A DNA stretch of 64,000 nucleotides, taken from contig OX597842.1 in the NCBI GenBank assembly GCA_951406725.2, positions 25,854,001-25,918,000 of the forward strand, written 5' to 3'. Positions 1 through 13,430 of the stretch are shown here, one piece after another. Each line of letters begins with the position of its first letter. The first letter of the stretch is position 1. Position numbers and translations under genes: made by a program. Below the pieces are notes generated by a model that was given only the letters and a program-made list of their open reading frames with translations, did no database searches and had not been told where the DNA came from. The DNA is from Octopus vulgaris (lineage: Eukaryota).

Positions 1-181
1 TTAAACAAAAGCAAATGATGTATGTATACATACATATACACACATACGTATACACATATGTATGTATGTATATATATATACACACACATACGTATACACA
101 TATGTATACATGTATACATGTATGTATATATATATATACACACACATACGTATACACATTGATGTGTGTGTGTGAGTGTGC

Positions 182-308
<127 letters not shown>

Positions 309-1048
309 TATGTATACATATATATATATATATGTATTGCATAAAGAGCAATGATATAAAAATATTGCAGACGCGCGTGCACTCAAATCTCTCGTACACA
401 CAGAAACACACACATGCGCACGCGCGCGCTTGCCATTTTAAAGGCTACATTTTTTCGACCAAATAACTTTTGATCATTGACTGAGGGGTTGTTTTTTTTT
501 TTTTGCGATGTTGACCGCTAAGAAACAGGGCTAACACGCATCGACGAACCCCAACTTATTTTTTTTTTGGTTTGTTAACGGTGCAAAAATGGAAAAAATC
601 AAAATACATACACTTTTTCGGTAGTCATCACTTCGTGGTAGCCTAGGGAAAGAAGTGGAAGAAAAAGAGGAAGACTATGTAAAAAGAACAATCTGAGAAC
701 AAAATCTTTCTAGAATGTCGAAATAAGGGTTCATAAATTTAATGAAGAAAGGGACTAACTAAACAAGCAGCAGGACTTGCTGTCACTACACGCCACTAAC
801 TGATACACAGAAAATGCAGGAAATCAAAAACACACAAGTATGCAAAATTCTGTTCTATATTTAAGAGATGAGGAATTATGTACATTATTTACATTTGATG
901 GATATTTGTCCTCATCTTGTTTCTTGTTAACACGTTTCGACTGATATACCCTGCAGCCTTCATCAGGTGCCTTGGAGAAATTTCGAACCTGGGTTCTCAC
1001 TCCTAAGGTATTTTTTCGATGTAATTAACCATTACGTCATATGCCCGT

Positions 1049-1250
1049 GTGCATATGGTGTAGTGGTTAAGAGCGCAGGCTACTAAACCCAAGATTCCAA
1101 GTTTGATTCCAAGCAGTGACCTGAACAATAATAATAATATCGAAAAATACCTTAGGAATGAGAACTAGGTTCGTAATTTCCCCAAGACACCTGAAGAAAC
1201 ATGTTAACAACAAACAAGATGAGGACAAATATCTGTCGAATGTAAATAAT
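1049..1250 (+). mobile_element. tRNA-derived SINE family D, facing an inverted copy of its tail at ~855-1022
   Basis: TGGTGTAGTGGTTAAGAGCGC head. The tail is the reverse complement of 885-1022. Confidence 0.7.
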
Positions 1251-1863
1251 ATGCAAAATTCTGTTGTACACAACAGACAAGGATTCTTGCAGAACAATCT
1301 CCATAGACAGGTTCTTTAGTGACCAAATGTTTTTGCCATATATTAGCTCATTCCTACCATCAAACTGACATTGCCTATATACCTCTCACTATCTATATGT
1401 ATGTAAAATAGAAGCACCAGCCCTCACTAAACCACAACTGCACAAGTGCCCACTACATAATGCCCTTAAATATACATCTCATGTTCTCACAATACAACCA
1501 CCACAAACTTGCTATACTAAACCAAGTATCAGCCCTCATTACACCTCAACTACACAAATCCTCGCAATACAAGGCTTTTATATATCCCTTGTCTTCTCAA
1601 TACTATCACCACGCAGGTCCTAAAGTTCACCAGTACACAAACCCATACTATATTGCCACAGGCACCAGCCCTCACTACACTGCAACCACAAAAACCTCGC
1701 CACACCCCTGCAACAGAATGCTCTTAAATATGTTCTCACAACATATTTTCATTCCAACACAAGCCCTTGGCATACCACTGCATAAGCCTTCACTTCACCA
1801 CCACATAATAGCCAACTTCAACGCACAAGCCCTTGAAAAACCGCCACTACACAAAGCCCTCAA

Positions 1864-1898
<35 letters not shown>

Positions 1899-2087
1899 AT
1901 TTTCTTACAATACAATCCCACAAAGGTACTCACCCTCAACAATACAAACAAAACCTTCACAACACCACTACAACAATGCCCTTAAATGTACACCCAATGT
2001 CCTCACAGCACTACAGTCTTCACTTTAACACCACAAACCCTTGGCATGCCACCACAACCACCAAACAATATTCTTAAATATACACAC

Positions 2088-2184
2088 CATGTTCTCATTT
2101 GTGACCGTTGTGGCTCATTCACTGGAACTCTGGTAACAATGACAGACGCATTCTTCGGTATGAGATCATCATCACAAACGTAAC
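2088..2184 (-). CDS. RBBP6: RBBP6 second coding exon, C-terminal part of the DWNN domain
   Basis: Acceptor TTTTCTTTAACAG ends at 2185. The phase-1 join gives R-YVCDDDLIPKNASVIVTRVPVNEPQRSQMRT, matching human EYTDDNALIPKNSSVIVRRIP. The best donor is TG|GTGTGT at 2087 (97 nt, phase 2); alternative GTs lie at 2085 and 2083. Later exons lie outside the window. Confidence 0.9.
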
Positions 2185-2273
2185 CTGTTAAAGAAAATGA
2201 AGACACTAATTAGTCCATTAGAAAGAACAAATTAAACTGGGTCTCAATTATTAACCATCAACTAGCCCAGCTT

Positions 2274-4869
2274 TTAACCCTTTTGATATCAATCCGTCTG
2301 ATGATGCCCCTGTTTATACATCACAAGCTATGTTTGACCCTTTACCATTTAAACCAGCAATATCCAGCCAAAATATTCTACGGGTTCAGTCCCACTGCGT
2401 AGCACCTTGGGCAAGTGTCTTCTACTATAGCTTCAGGCGGACCAAAGCCTTGTGAGTGGATTTGGTAGACGGAAACTAAAAGAAGCCCATCGTATATATG
2501 TATATATGTATATATGTGTGTGTGTGTATATATGTTTGTGTTGTTGTTTGTCCCCCAACATTGCTTGACAACCAACGCTGGTATGTTTATGCCTCCGTAA
2601 CTTAGTGGTTCAGCAAAAGAACCAACAGAATAAGTACTAGACTTACAAAGAATAAGTCCTGGGGTCAATTTGCTCGACTAAAGGCGGTGCTCCAGCATGG
2701 TCACAGTCAAATGACAAACAAGTAAAAAGAGTAAAAAGATTATGCTTTATATTCAAACTACCCTCACACCTATTCTACAATGTTCTAAAAATTAGCAGTC
2801 ATCTCATAAAATTCTGAAAGCTATAGGACAATACATGATTAATTCAAAACAATGTGAATAGATAAGCATTACATTCAACAGAATAATCTGAACATTAAAG
2901 GTTAAAAGTGATCTAAATAAAAATTTCAAAATTAGTTGAGTAAATGTCATTATTAAGCTGGTATTTGGAACAAACTAAAATAAAATTTTGATGGAATGTT
3001 TAAATTTAGATCACTTTAAACCTTTTGTTACCATTATTTCTATTGAAATTACACTGTCTTTCATTATCGTCATCATCGTTTAATGTCCGCTTTCCATGCT
3101 AGCATGGGTTGGACGATTTGACTGAGGACTGGCAAAGAAGATGGCTGCACCAGGCTCCAATCTGATCTGGCAGAGTTTCTACAGCTGGATGCCCTTCCTA
3201 ACGACAAACACTCCGAGAGTGTAGTGGGTGCTTTTACGTGCCACCTGCATAGGAGCCAGTCCAGCAGCACTGGCAACGACCTCGCTCGAATAGGTTTTAC
3301 GTGCCACCAGCACAAGTGCCAGTAAGGCGACATGGGTAATGATCATACTCGAATGGTGCTTGTTACGTACCACCAGCATGGAAGTCAGTCAGCTGCTCTG
3401 GCAACAATTATGCTCGGATGGTGCTCTCATTAGAGAGAATAATGAAGAATTTAGTAAAATAATTTTGTAATTATTAAGATGGTGTGTAATGAATTAAAAC
3501 AAAGTGTTTCAACAGAAATATGGTAACAAAAGGGTTAAAGTGATCTAAATTTAAACCTTCCATTAAAAATTTTATTTTAGTTTATGTTCCAAATACCAGC
3601 TTAATAATGACAAAGTTATTTTACTAACTTCTTTATTATTCTCTAAAATAAATTGAAACAAAGTCAAGTGTATTTCAAAAGAAATATGGTAACAAAAGGG
3701 TTAAAGTGATCTAAATTTAAACCTTCCATTAAAAATTTTATTTTAGTTTATGTTCCAAATACCAGCTTAATAATGACAAAGTTATTTTACTAACTTCTTT
3801 ATTATTCTCTAAAATGAATTGAAACAAAGTCAAGTGTATTTCAAAAGAAATATGGTAACAAAAGGGTTAAAGTGATCTTAAAACCTTCCATCAAAATTTC
3901 TTGCTAATTTGTTCCAAACACCAGCTTGACCTTTTTGCTACCTACCCGGCTGAAACCGGCTCTGACTGAAAACAAATATCTTGTTTCTATAAGTTTTGAA
4001 TTAAAATCTTCCATCAAACCTTAGTCATAATTTATGTTCCAAACACTAGATGAATGATAACTAAGTTATTTTACTAAATTCTTTGTTATATTTAAAGTAA
4101 TTGAAAGAAATACAAAGCCTCTCAAAATAAATACAGTAACAAAAGGGTTAATAATGGCAATGTTATTTTACTAAATTTTTCATTCTCTAAAATTAATTGA
4201 AATACAGGGAATGGATTTCTTTTCTACTCTAGGCACAAGGCCCGAAATTTTGGGGGAGGGGACCAGTCGATTAGATCGACCCCAGTACGCAACTGGTACT
4301 TAATTTATCGACACCGAAAGGATGAAAGGCAAAGTCAACCTCAATGAAATTTGAACTCAAACATAAAGACAGACAAAATACCTATTTCTTTACTAGCACA
4401 CAGAGAAGACAAGCGGATTAAGTCAATTGTATTGACCCCAGTGCCTAACTAGTATTTATTTAATCGACCTCGACGGAATTGGTACTCAGAACGTAGCGGC
4501 AGACGAAATACCACTAAGCATTTCGCCCAGCATGCTAACATTTCTGCCAGCTTGCCGCCTTCAACAGAAATATATTGAGAGGTTGGAGCGATCATTAAAA
4601 CCTATCAAAATTCCACAATTTATTTTTCAAACACCAAATTAATAATGACCAAAGTTATTTTGTTAAATCCTTTTACTCCTTTACTTGTTTCAGTCATTTG
4701 ACTGGCCATACTGTCGCCTTTAGTCAAGCAAATTGACCCCAGGACTTATTCTTTGTAAGCCTAGTACTTATTCTATCGGTCTCTTTTGCCGAACCGCTAA
4801 GTCACGGGGACGTAAACACACCAGCATTGGTTGGCAAGCGATGTTGGAGGGAGGGGGCGACAAACACAG

Positions 4870-4902
<33 letters not shown>

Positions 4903-5175
4903 CTTATATAGGACAGGCTTCTTTCAGTTTCCGTCTACCAAATCCACTCACAAGGCTTTGGCCGGCCTGAGGCTATAGTAGAAGACAGTTGCCCAAGGTG
5001 TCACACAGTGGGACTGAACCCGAAACCATGTGGCTGGTAAGCAAGCTATTTACCACACAGCCACTCCTACCTTCTTTATTCTCTAAAATTAACTGAAACA
5101 AAGGCAGTGTATTTCAACAGAAACATGGTAACAAAAGGGTTAAAGTGATCTAGATTAAAACCTTCCATAAAAATT
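2274..5175. mobile_element. Nest of piggyBac-like MITEs with SINE and LINE-tail insertions
   Basis: Repeated AAAGGGTTAA ends (~3531, 3697, 3862, 4142, 5135), most of them joined to AGTGATCT of another copy. ~167-bp tandem unit at 3531-3870. Confidence 0.7.
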
Positions 5176-6086
5176 TCAATGAACAAATACACAAATGTAA
5201 AATATACAGGGGTGAAAGGATCTCAATTTCTTTGAATTAAACTTAAACCCAGGCAGTATGGACTCCCAAAGGGATAACCAAATAATTATGCCAGGGAATG
5301 CAGAAGTAACAATAATCATGATTATGTCAGCATATGGAGACATACGTAGGATGTTATTACATACAGATGTACCATATGCTGTGTGTCTGTATCTTATTAA
5401 ATTGCACACATGAACATGTATAATGGCATATATTTCGTGTTTGTATTACTAGGATAATGAACTTCTCAAGACACAATATACACAAACATCTCAAAAGTAA
5501 AGAGGCAACTCTTTATATACCCATGTGTGTGTGTGTATCATCATCATCGTTTAACGTCTGCTTTCCATGCTGGCATGGGTTGGATGGTTTGACTGAGGAC
5601 TGGCGAGCCAGATGGCTGCACCGGGCTCCAATCTTGATCTGGCATTGTTTCTACAGCTGGATGCCTTTCCTAACGCCAACCACTCCGAGAATGTAGTGGG
5701 TGCTTTTTACGTACCACCGGCACGAGGATCAGTCAGGCGGCACTGGCAACCGCCACCACACTCAAATGGTATTTTTTATGTGTCACCTGCACAGGAGCCA
5801 GCCCAGCGGCACCGGCAACGACCTCACTCAAATGCTGTTCTTCACGTGCCACCGGCACAAATACCAGTATGGCGACGCTAGTAACAATCATGCTTGAATG
5901 GTACTTGTTACATGTCACTGGCACAGGGGCCAGTCAGCGGCCCCAGCAGTATGTATGTATGTGTGGGTGGGTGGGTGTACACACAAACACACATTATGCA
6001 CGTATGTGTGTGTTATATGCTTGTGTATGTGCATGCTTGTATTTGTATAAGTGTGTAGGAATGAATATATATCAGAGGATGTATAA

Positions 6087-6129
<43 letters not shown>

Positions 6130-7358
6130 AATGACCTCTGCATATTCAAAGTTGTTTATTTAAAACAAAACAAATTCAACTGAATGTCTTAATGCTTTCT
6201 GTGAGAATAAATGACACACAGACAAGCAACGGCAGCTGCTTATACTACTACTACTACCACCACTCCTAACATACTAATGTTATGTTCTCTTGGGCTTTCA
6301 ATTTCAGTTTTGACGAAAAGATGAACTTTCATACATTCTCTATACATAAATATTCATATGCACTCACACACACACATATATATACATACATACATACATA
6401 TATGCAGATAAGCATATACACAAACATATCTATGCAGATAAATATATACACATACAAGTTCACAAACACACATATCTATGCAGATAGATATATACACATA
6501 CATATACACACACCCATATCTATACTGATAAATATATACACAAACAAGTACACAAATACACATATCTATGCAGGTAAATATATACACATATACGCACACA
6601 AACACACGTATCTATGCAGATATATACACATATACACGCACACATATCTATGTAGATAGATATATACACATACATATACACGCACACATATCTATACTGA
6701 TAAATATATACATATACGCACACAAACACACGTATATGCAGATATATACACAAATATACATGCACACATATCTATGTAGATAGATATATACACACACATC
6801 TATGTAGATAGATATATATACACACATATCTAGATAGATATATATACATATACATATCTATGTAGATATATATATACATATACACACACATACACACATA
6901 TCTATATAGATAGATATATATATACATACATATACACTCACACACATATCTAGATAGATATATATATACATATATACTCACACACATATCTAGATATATA
7001 TATATATATATATACTCACATATCTATGTAGATAGATATATATATACATATACACACACATTTATATAGATATATATATATACATACATATACACACACA
7101 TATATATAGATATATATATATACATACATATACACACATATCTATATAGATATATATATACATACATATACACACATATCTATATAGATATATATACATA
7201 CATATACACTCACAGACATATCTAGATAGATATATATATACATATACACACACACACATATCTATGTAGATATATATACACACATAAAACATGAACATAT
7301 ACAAATACACATGCATCTATGCAGACAAATATATACACGCACATATACAAACACACAC

Positions 7359-7785
7359 ACAGGGTGCAATAGGTAAACTGTCGCCATTTTATATTTTTTA
7401 TTTTGTACATGTGCACTGTTTGGTTTTGATTTTACCGACTGCACAGTATAGTAGGGTCAGTTGGGCACCATCTATGAGAAAATCAGCACCATCACGCAAT
7501 TCATCCTGCCAGAAATTTGGAAACATACTGTAGTGCTTGGCATTCATGCCAGAAGCTCCAATACGAACATTTCAGGGTGTTTGGGGGTCAATCTAAGGAC
7601 ATGTACCAAGAGTGATAAAAATCAAACAGCCAGGCAACACTATGGTGTCTGGAGTGATCACTAGTGATAGCAACATTATACTTCCATCTTACCACAAGGC
7701 CTCACACTCAACATGGAAGCCTACATCAAGTGTATGAAGGAGGTAGTGCTACCCTTGGTCAAGAGGGTGGTTGCCGAAAGACCCA
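7359..7785 (+). mobile_element. Internally deleted Tc1/mariner (maT/DD37D-like) transposon relic
   Basis: CAGGGTG terminus. Decayed transposase peptides MVSGVITSDSNIILP and GLTLNMEAYIKCMKEVVLPLVKRVVAERP at ~7640-7783. Confidence 0.7.
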
Positions 7786-7974
7786 AGAGACCAAATTCTA
7801 AAATGCTGATTTTTTACATGTCACCGGCACGGGTGACAGTCGGATGGCACTGGCATCAGTCATAACATTATACGTACTGTGTTTATTAAAACACAATACA
7901 GTAATGCCTTGACATACAAGTTAATTTGTTCCCAGAGACCACTTGTAAAGTGAAAATTCAAAGAACAGCAATAA

Positions 7975-8650
7975 TTTCCTGTAGTCATGGAAGTCTGTCG
8001 GAGTTCGACAATGACGTCAGTGATGCTGGAGGTGGGAGCAGAACCCAAAGGAGGACGTGCAGACGCAGCCATATATTGGGCACGTAACAGCAGAAGTAGG
8101 GTTGGGGATCCCCTCTTTTCGGGTTTGTTGCTTCTGGTCCAGGCTCTTGAGGCGCTTTTCCTCAAACAGCCTAACACCCTTTTGGACAGCTGGACACCAG
8201 GCGCCGCAGTCAGAGGCAAGCGATTTCCAGTCACGGGCTGAAATTCCGCTGGCCTCAAGGGAAGTTTTTATGCTGTCCTTGTATCGCCTCAGTGGCCTTC
8301 CAGGGTTTCTTGCTCCAGAAGCCAGCTCAGAGAAGATCATCTTTGGTAGACTTGTGTCGTCCATTTGGACTATATGTCTGACACACTAGAGCTGGGTCTT
8401 CATGACGAGGGCTTCGATCCCAGGCATTTCGGCTCTGCTTAGCACCTCAGTGTTGTAGATTCTATCCTCCCAAGAAATTCCCAAGCTTTGTCGCAAGCAG
8501 CAGAGGTGGAACTGGTCAAGTACTTGCATTTACCTCCTATACAGCGTCCATGTCCCACAGCCACATAGCAGAGAGGTGATGACGACTGCCCTACAGACTG
8601 CCAGCTTGGTGAAAAGTCTGATGCCTCGTTCAGCCCACACACTTGTCCAA
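7975..8650 (-). mobile_element. RTE/BovB-like LINE 3' fragment
   Basis: MDDTSLPKMIFSELASGARNPGRPLRRYKDSIK...W...FEEKR, followed by a degenerate C-terminal zinc finger (CPIYGCVC...SHLQHH). Confidence 0.8.
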
Positions 8651-9573
8651 TGCTTAGACTACCATTGTCTAAGCATTCATTGTCCAAGTTTCCATGCTTA
8701 GACTCCCATTGTCCAGGTTATATTCAAAATGAACAAGAACCATTTAACACAAGCTTGTTAGTGATTGTGGCCCTACAGTGAAGCAATAGAATAATCTTCT
8801 AAAAATCCTGAGAGAACATTCAGTCCCCCACTCCTTTATATGTCTCAACCATTAGACTGCAGCCATGCTGGGGTACAGCCTTCAGGAATTTTTAGTCAAA
8901 TGAATTACTCTCTTTACTCTTTTACTTGTTTCAGTCATTTGCCTGTGGCCATGCTGAGCACCGCCTTTAGTCAAGCAAATCGACCCCAAGACTTATTCTT
9001 TGGAAGCCTCGTACTTGTTCTATTGGTCTCTTTTGCCGAACTGCTAAGTTACGGGGACGTACACACACCAGCATCGGTTGTCAAGCGATGTTGGGGGGAC
9101 AGACACAAACACCCACATATATATATGATGGGCTTCTTTCAGTTTCCGTCTACCAAATACACTCACAAGGCTTTAGTCGGCCCGAGGCTATAATAGAAGA
9201 CACTTGTCCAAGGTGCCATGCAGTGGAACTGAACCCTGAACCATGTGGTTGGTAAGCAAGCGACTTACCACACAGCAACTCCTGCACCTATTGACAACAA
9301 TTTTCTTATGTCTGGTACTTATTCTATCAGTCTCTTTTGCACAACCACTAAGTTGAAATAGCAATTCCGGTTGTCAAGTGGTGGTAGAGGACAAACCGAA
9401 AGATATGCATGCGAACACACACAACAAGCCTGCTTTCATTTTCTATCGAATCCACTCACAAGGCTTTGGCCAGATCCAAACTATATTAGAAGACACCTGT
9501 CCAAGTTGCCATGCAGTGGGACTGAACCCAGAACCATGTGGTTGGGAAGCAAGCTTCTTACCACACAGCTATG

Positions 9574-9610
<37 letters not shown>

Positions 9611-10026
9611 CAATGGGCTTCTTTCAGTTTCCATCTTACAAATTGACAAGACTTTGGTCAGCCCAAGACTATGATAGAAGACACTTGCCCAAAGAACCAC
9701 GCTATGGAATTGAACCCAGAAGTATGTGCCACAAGATTTCCAACATCTGAAGAGTATTTTGAAAATAGATAAAAAAATATTCGTATGTATGGTGCATGAT
9801 TTATCTATTCTAAAAATATTTACTTACTCATTTAACTAATTATGGCTAATTTCTTTTTTAATTACATTTTCCTTAAAGACTTCACTGAAGCAAGTCAGTA
9901 CATATCACACTCTTTTGCTTACCAACCACATGGTCCCAGGTTCCGTCCCACTGCATGGCACCTTGGGCAAGTATCTTCTACTATAGCCTTGTGAATGGAT
10001 TTGGTAGACGGAAACTGAAAGAAGCC

Positions 10027-10072
<46 letters not shown>

Positions 10073-10382
10073 GTCTACCCACCATTGCTTGACAACTGAT
10101 GTTAGTGCATTTACATCTCCATAACTTAGAAGTTCAGCAAAAGACACCGATAAAATGAGTACCAGACTTACAAAGAATAAGAAGTCCTGGGGTCAATTAT
10201 TCAACTAAAGGTGGTGCTCCAGCATAGCCACAGTCAAATGACAAGAGAATAAAAGAATTCACTACCTATAAAATAGTTGAGTACATGATATTACTAGTGT
10301 GTCCTTTTACCTTATTTGTCTCAGTCACTAGACTGACCATGCTGGAGCACTCCTTTCATAGTTTGGGCAAACAAATCAACCA

Positions 10383-10965
10383 CATCATCATCATCGTTTA
10401 ATGTCCGCTTTCCATGCTAGCATGGGTTGGACGGTTCAACTGGGGTCTGGGGAGCCTGAAGGCTGCACCAGGCCAGTCAGATCTGGCAGTGTTTCTACAG
10501 CTGGATGCCCTTCCTAACGCCAACCACTCCGAGAGTGTAGCGGGTGATTTTATGTGCCACCGACACAGGTGCCAGACGAGGCTGGCGAACGGCCACGCTC
10601 GGATGGTGTTTTTTATGTGCCACCGACACAGGTGCCAGACGAGGCTGGCAGACGCCCATGCTCGGATGGTGTCTTTTATGTGCCACCGACACAGGTGCCA
10701 GACGAGGCTGGCGGACGGCCACGCTCGGATGGTGTTTTTTATGTGCCACCGACACAGGTGCCAGACGAGGCTGGCGGACGGCCACGCTTGGATGGTGTTT
10801 TTTATGTGCCACAGACACAGGTGCCAGACGAGGCTGGCGGACGGCCACGCTCGGATGGTGTTTTTTATGTGCCACCGACACAGGTGCCAGACGAGGCTGG
10901 CGGACGGCCACGCTTGGATGGTGTTTTTTATGTGCCACCGACACAGGTGCCAGACGAGGCTGGCA
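10383..10965 (-). mobile_element. RTE 3'-UTR copy with a 63-bp VNTR (~6.6 units, 10551-10965)
   Basis: Same (GAT)n-tailed end as the RTE at 28385. Units start at 10551, 10614, 10677, 10740, 10803, 10866 and 10929. Confidence 0.88.
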
Positions 10966-12012
10966 TTTATTTAACCCTGTTATTGTATCAGTCACCAACT
11001 CAAACAAGAAATATGACAGAATCAGAATTAACACAGTCTAAAATTTTACCACATAACCAGTAATTTCAGGCGAGGGGTTAAGTCGATAACTTCACCCCCC
11101 CCCCCCTCCATGTTCAACTGCTACTTATTTCATCAACCCCGAAAAGACGAAAGGCAAATTCACCCTTAGTGGAATTTGAACTCAGAAGTAACATATTAAA
11201 ACATGCTCAATGCCATCTTACACCATCACTGTTATTGCCACATCATTTTAATATCCATTTTTCTATGCTTGCATTGGTCTAACAGAACCTGTTGAAGCAG
11301 ATTTTCTATGGTTGGATGCCTTTCCTGTTGACAACCATCATGTCTTCAAACAAAGTAATATTTTCCACATTGGAAAAGTGGAGGCACATGGCCTAGTGGT
11401 TAGAGCAGCCGACTCACGGGTTTGAATCTCAGACCAGGCGATGTGTGTATTTATGAGTGAAACATCTAAGCTCCACGCGGCTCCGGCAGAAGGGAATAGC
11501 GAACTTCTGCTGACTCTTTCCTTCTGCATCTTGCAGTTCACCTGCGACGGATCGGCATCCTGTCCAGATGGGGAACCTATACACCAAGGAAACCATCCCA
11601 CTTATATAACAATGATGCTCATTTACAATTATCACATGAGTTCAAGGCCACATACACACACACAATGGGCTTTGTTCAGTTTCCATCTCTCAAATCATTT
11701 TAACATCAACTTTTCCATGCTTACATGTCTCAAACAGAATTTGCTGAAGCAGATTTTCTGTGGTCGGATGCCCTCCCCATTGAGATGCCCTCTCCGACTG
11801 AGATATAAGAAGCTTACTTCCTAACTACATGGTTCTCGGTTCAATCCCACTACATGGCACCTTGGGCCAACCAAAGCCTCATGAGTGGATTTTGGTAGAT
11901 GGAAACTAAAGAAGCTTGTATTTATCTATCTATCTATGAAAATATATACATATATATGGGTATGTTGGTGCAAACAGGAAAAATAGAACTCAAAATCAGT
12001 GTATATGTGTAT

Positions 12013-12130
12013 TTTTATTCATATTTAACAGAAGCAACAGAGTGACTCAAGGACCAAGAGTTTTGTATACTGGCAAATGCACAAAACTCTCGGACCTTGA
12101 GTCACTGTTGCTTCTGCTAAATATGAATAA

Positions 12131-12131
<1 letters not shown>
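12013..12131. repeat. ~120-bp hairpin element in RBBP6 intron 1
   Basis: TTTATTCATATTTAACAGAAGCAACAG..TGACTCAAGG versus CCTTGAGTCACTGTTGCTTCTGCTAAATATGAATAAA. Confidence 0.85.
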
Positions 12132-12193
<62 letters not shown>

Positions 12194-12196
<3 letters not shown>

Positions 12197-12410
12197 GAAG
12201 GGCTGTTGAAAAGTTTCTGGCTTTGGGTAAAAGAAAATAGAGAATTGGTTAATTATGATTTTACTGAACCTATTCCCCTCTCAGATTCACACACTTATTG
12301 CAGTAATCTTTCAGTTTTACTAAGCCCTGTAGAATTCAGAAGGTTAGGTCGGGCCTCCAACCAGGCCTTTCGTAACACCCTTAAAGCCATGAACTTATCA
12401 GCACCCACTT
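12194..12410 (+). mobile_element. Mariner-like terminal fragment
   Basis: Begins ACGAAGGGCTGTTGAAAAGTTTCTGG, a mariner-type TIR. No partner TIR was seen. Confidence 0.45.
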
Positions 12411-12510
12411 GTATATATATGTATGGGGGTGCAGTCGTTCCCCACCGATGCTTGTCAATCAGTGTTGGTATGTTTATGTCCCAGTAACTTAGCGGTTATG
12501 CAAAAACAGA

Positions 12511-12740
12511 AGGCGGTGAGCTGGCAGAAACGTTAGCACGCCGGGCGAAATGCGTATCCATATTTCGTCTGTCGTTACACTGAGTTCAAATTCCGCCGAG
12601 GTCGACTTTGCCTTTCATCCTTTCGGGGTCGATAAATTAAGTACCAGTTATGCACTGGGGTCGATGGAATCGACTTAATACCTATGTCTGTCCTGGTTTG
12701 TCCCCTCTATGTTTAGCCCCTTGTGGGTAATAAAGAAATA
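12511..12740 (+). mobile_element. tRNA-derived SINE family A (Nin/Deu-like core) with 17-bp TSD
   Basis: GAGTTCAAATTC B box, core GTCGACTTTGCCTTTCATCCTTTCGGGGTCGATAAA. TSD GGTTATGCAAAAACAGA at 12494-12510 and 12741-12757. Inserted into a family B SINE. Confidence 0.9.
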
Positions 12741-13430
12741 GGTTATGCAAAAACAGACCGATAGAACAAATACTAGGTTTAAAAACAAAATAAGTAACAA
12801 GGTTGATTTGTTCGACTAAAACCCAGCATGGCCACAGTAAAAAAAAAACTGAAACAAGTAAAATTAAAAATAAAAAACAATAAAAAAAAAAATGATAAAA
12901 TGTGCCCACTGTTTGTCACTTATAAAACCACTGCTTTTTTATAGCTACATTGTTTAGAACATGTGATGTAAAACATTTTATATAATTTCACCCTCCTCTG
13001 TTAAGTTCCTGCAAATGTTATCTCATTGCGTTGATATGAACAATGATAAAGACAATCATTTACACAGAACAATGTCTCACACAGAAAGAGGCACTGTTGT
13101 GAATTTTCGTCTGGATTCAAACAAAAACAGTGTCTGTCCCATTCACCATTGTTTAACCAATTAGCATTTAAACTGGCCCATATCCGGCCAAAAGTATTCT
13201 GCCTGTTTTATGTTCAAACTGGCCAGATCTGGTCTCTCACACCAACCCTTCAATATCGTTTTAAAATTTAACAGCTACCTCATCAAAATCTCAAAACTAC
13301 AAAATAATGCATAACTAGTTCAAAACAAAGTGGAAGAAAAGGCATTAATTTTGGTAGAATAATGCGAACACTAAAGCGTTAACAACCACTTTTCCATGCT
13401 TACAATGTAAGCATGGAACTGAAAATGCTA

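Noticed and set aside
1049-1120. tRNA genes at SINE heads (also 35455 and 16640)
   Set aside because: A/B boxes are present, but there is no complete cloverleaf and the sequence continues into SINE bodies.
1460-2077. 205-aa plus-strand ORF
   Set aside because: Low-complexity C/A-rich antisense reading of RBBP6 intron 2 with no recognisable domain.
10414-11063. Repetitive Cys/His/Arg-rich ORFs open in several frames
   Set aside because: Artefact of the 63-bp (multiple of 3) VNTR in an RTE 3' UTR.
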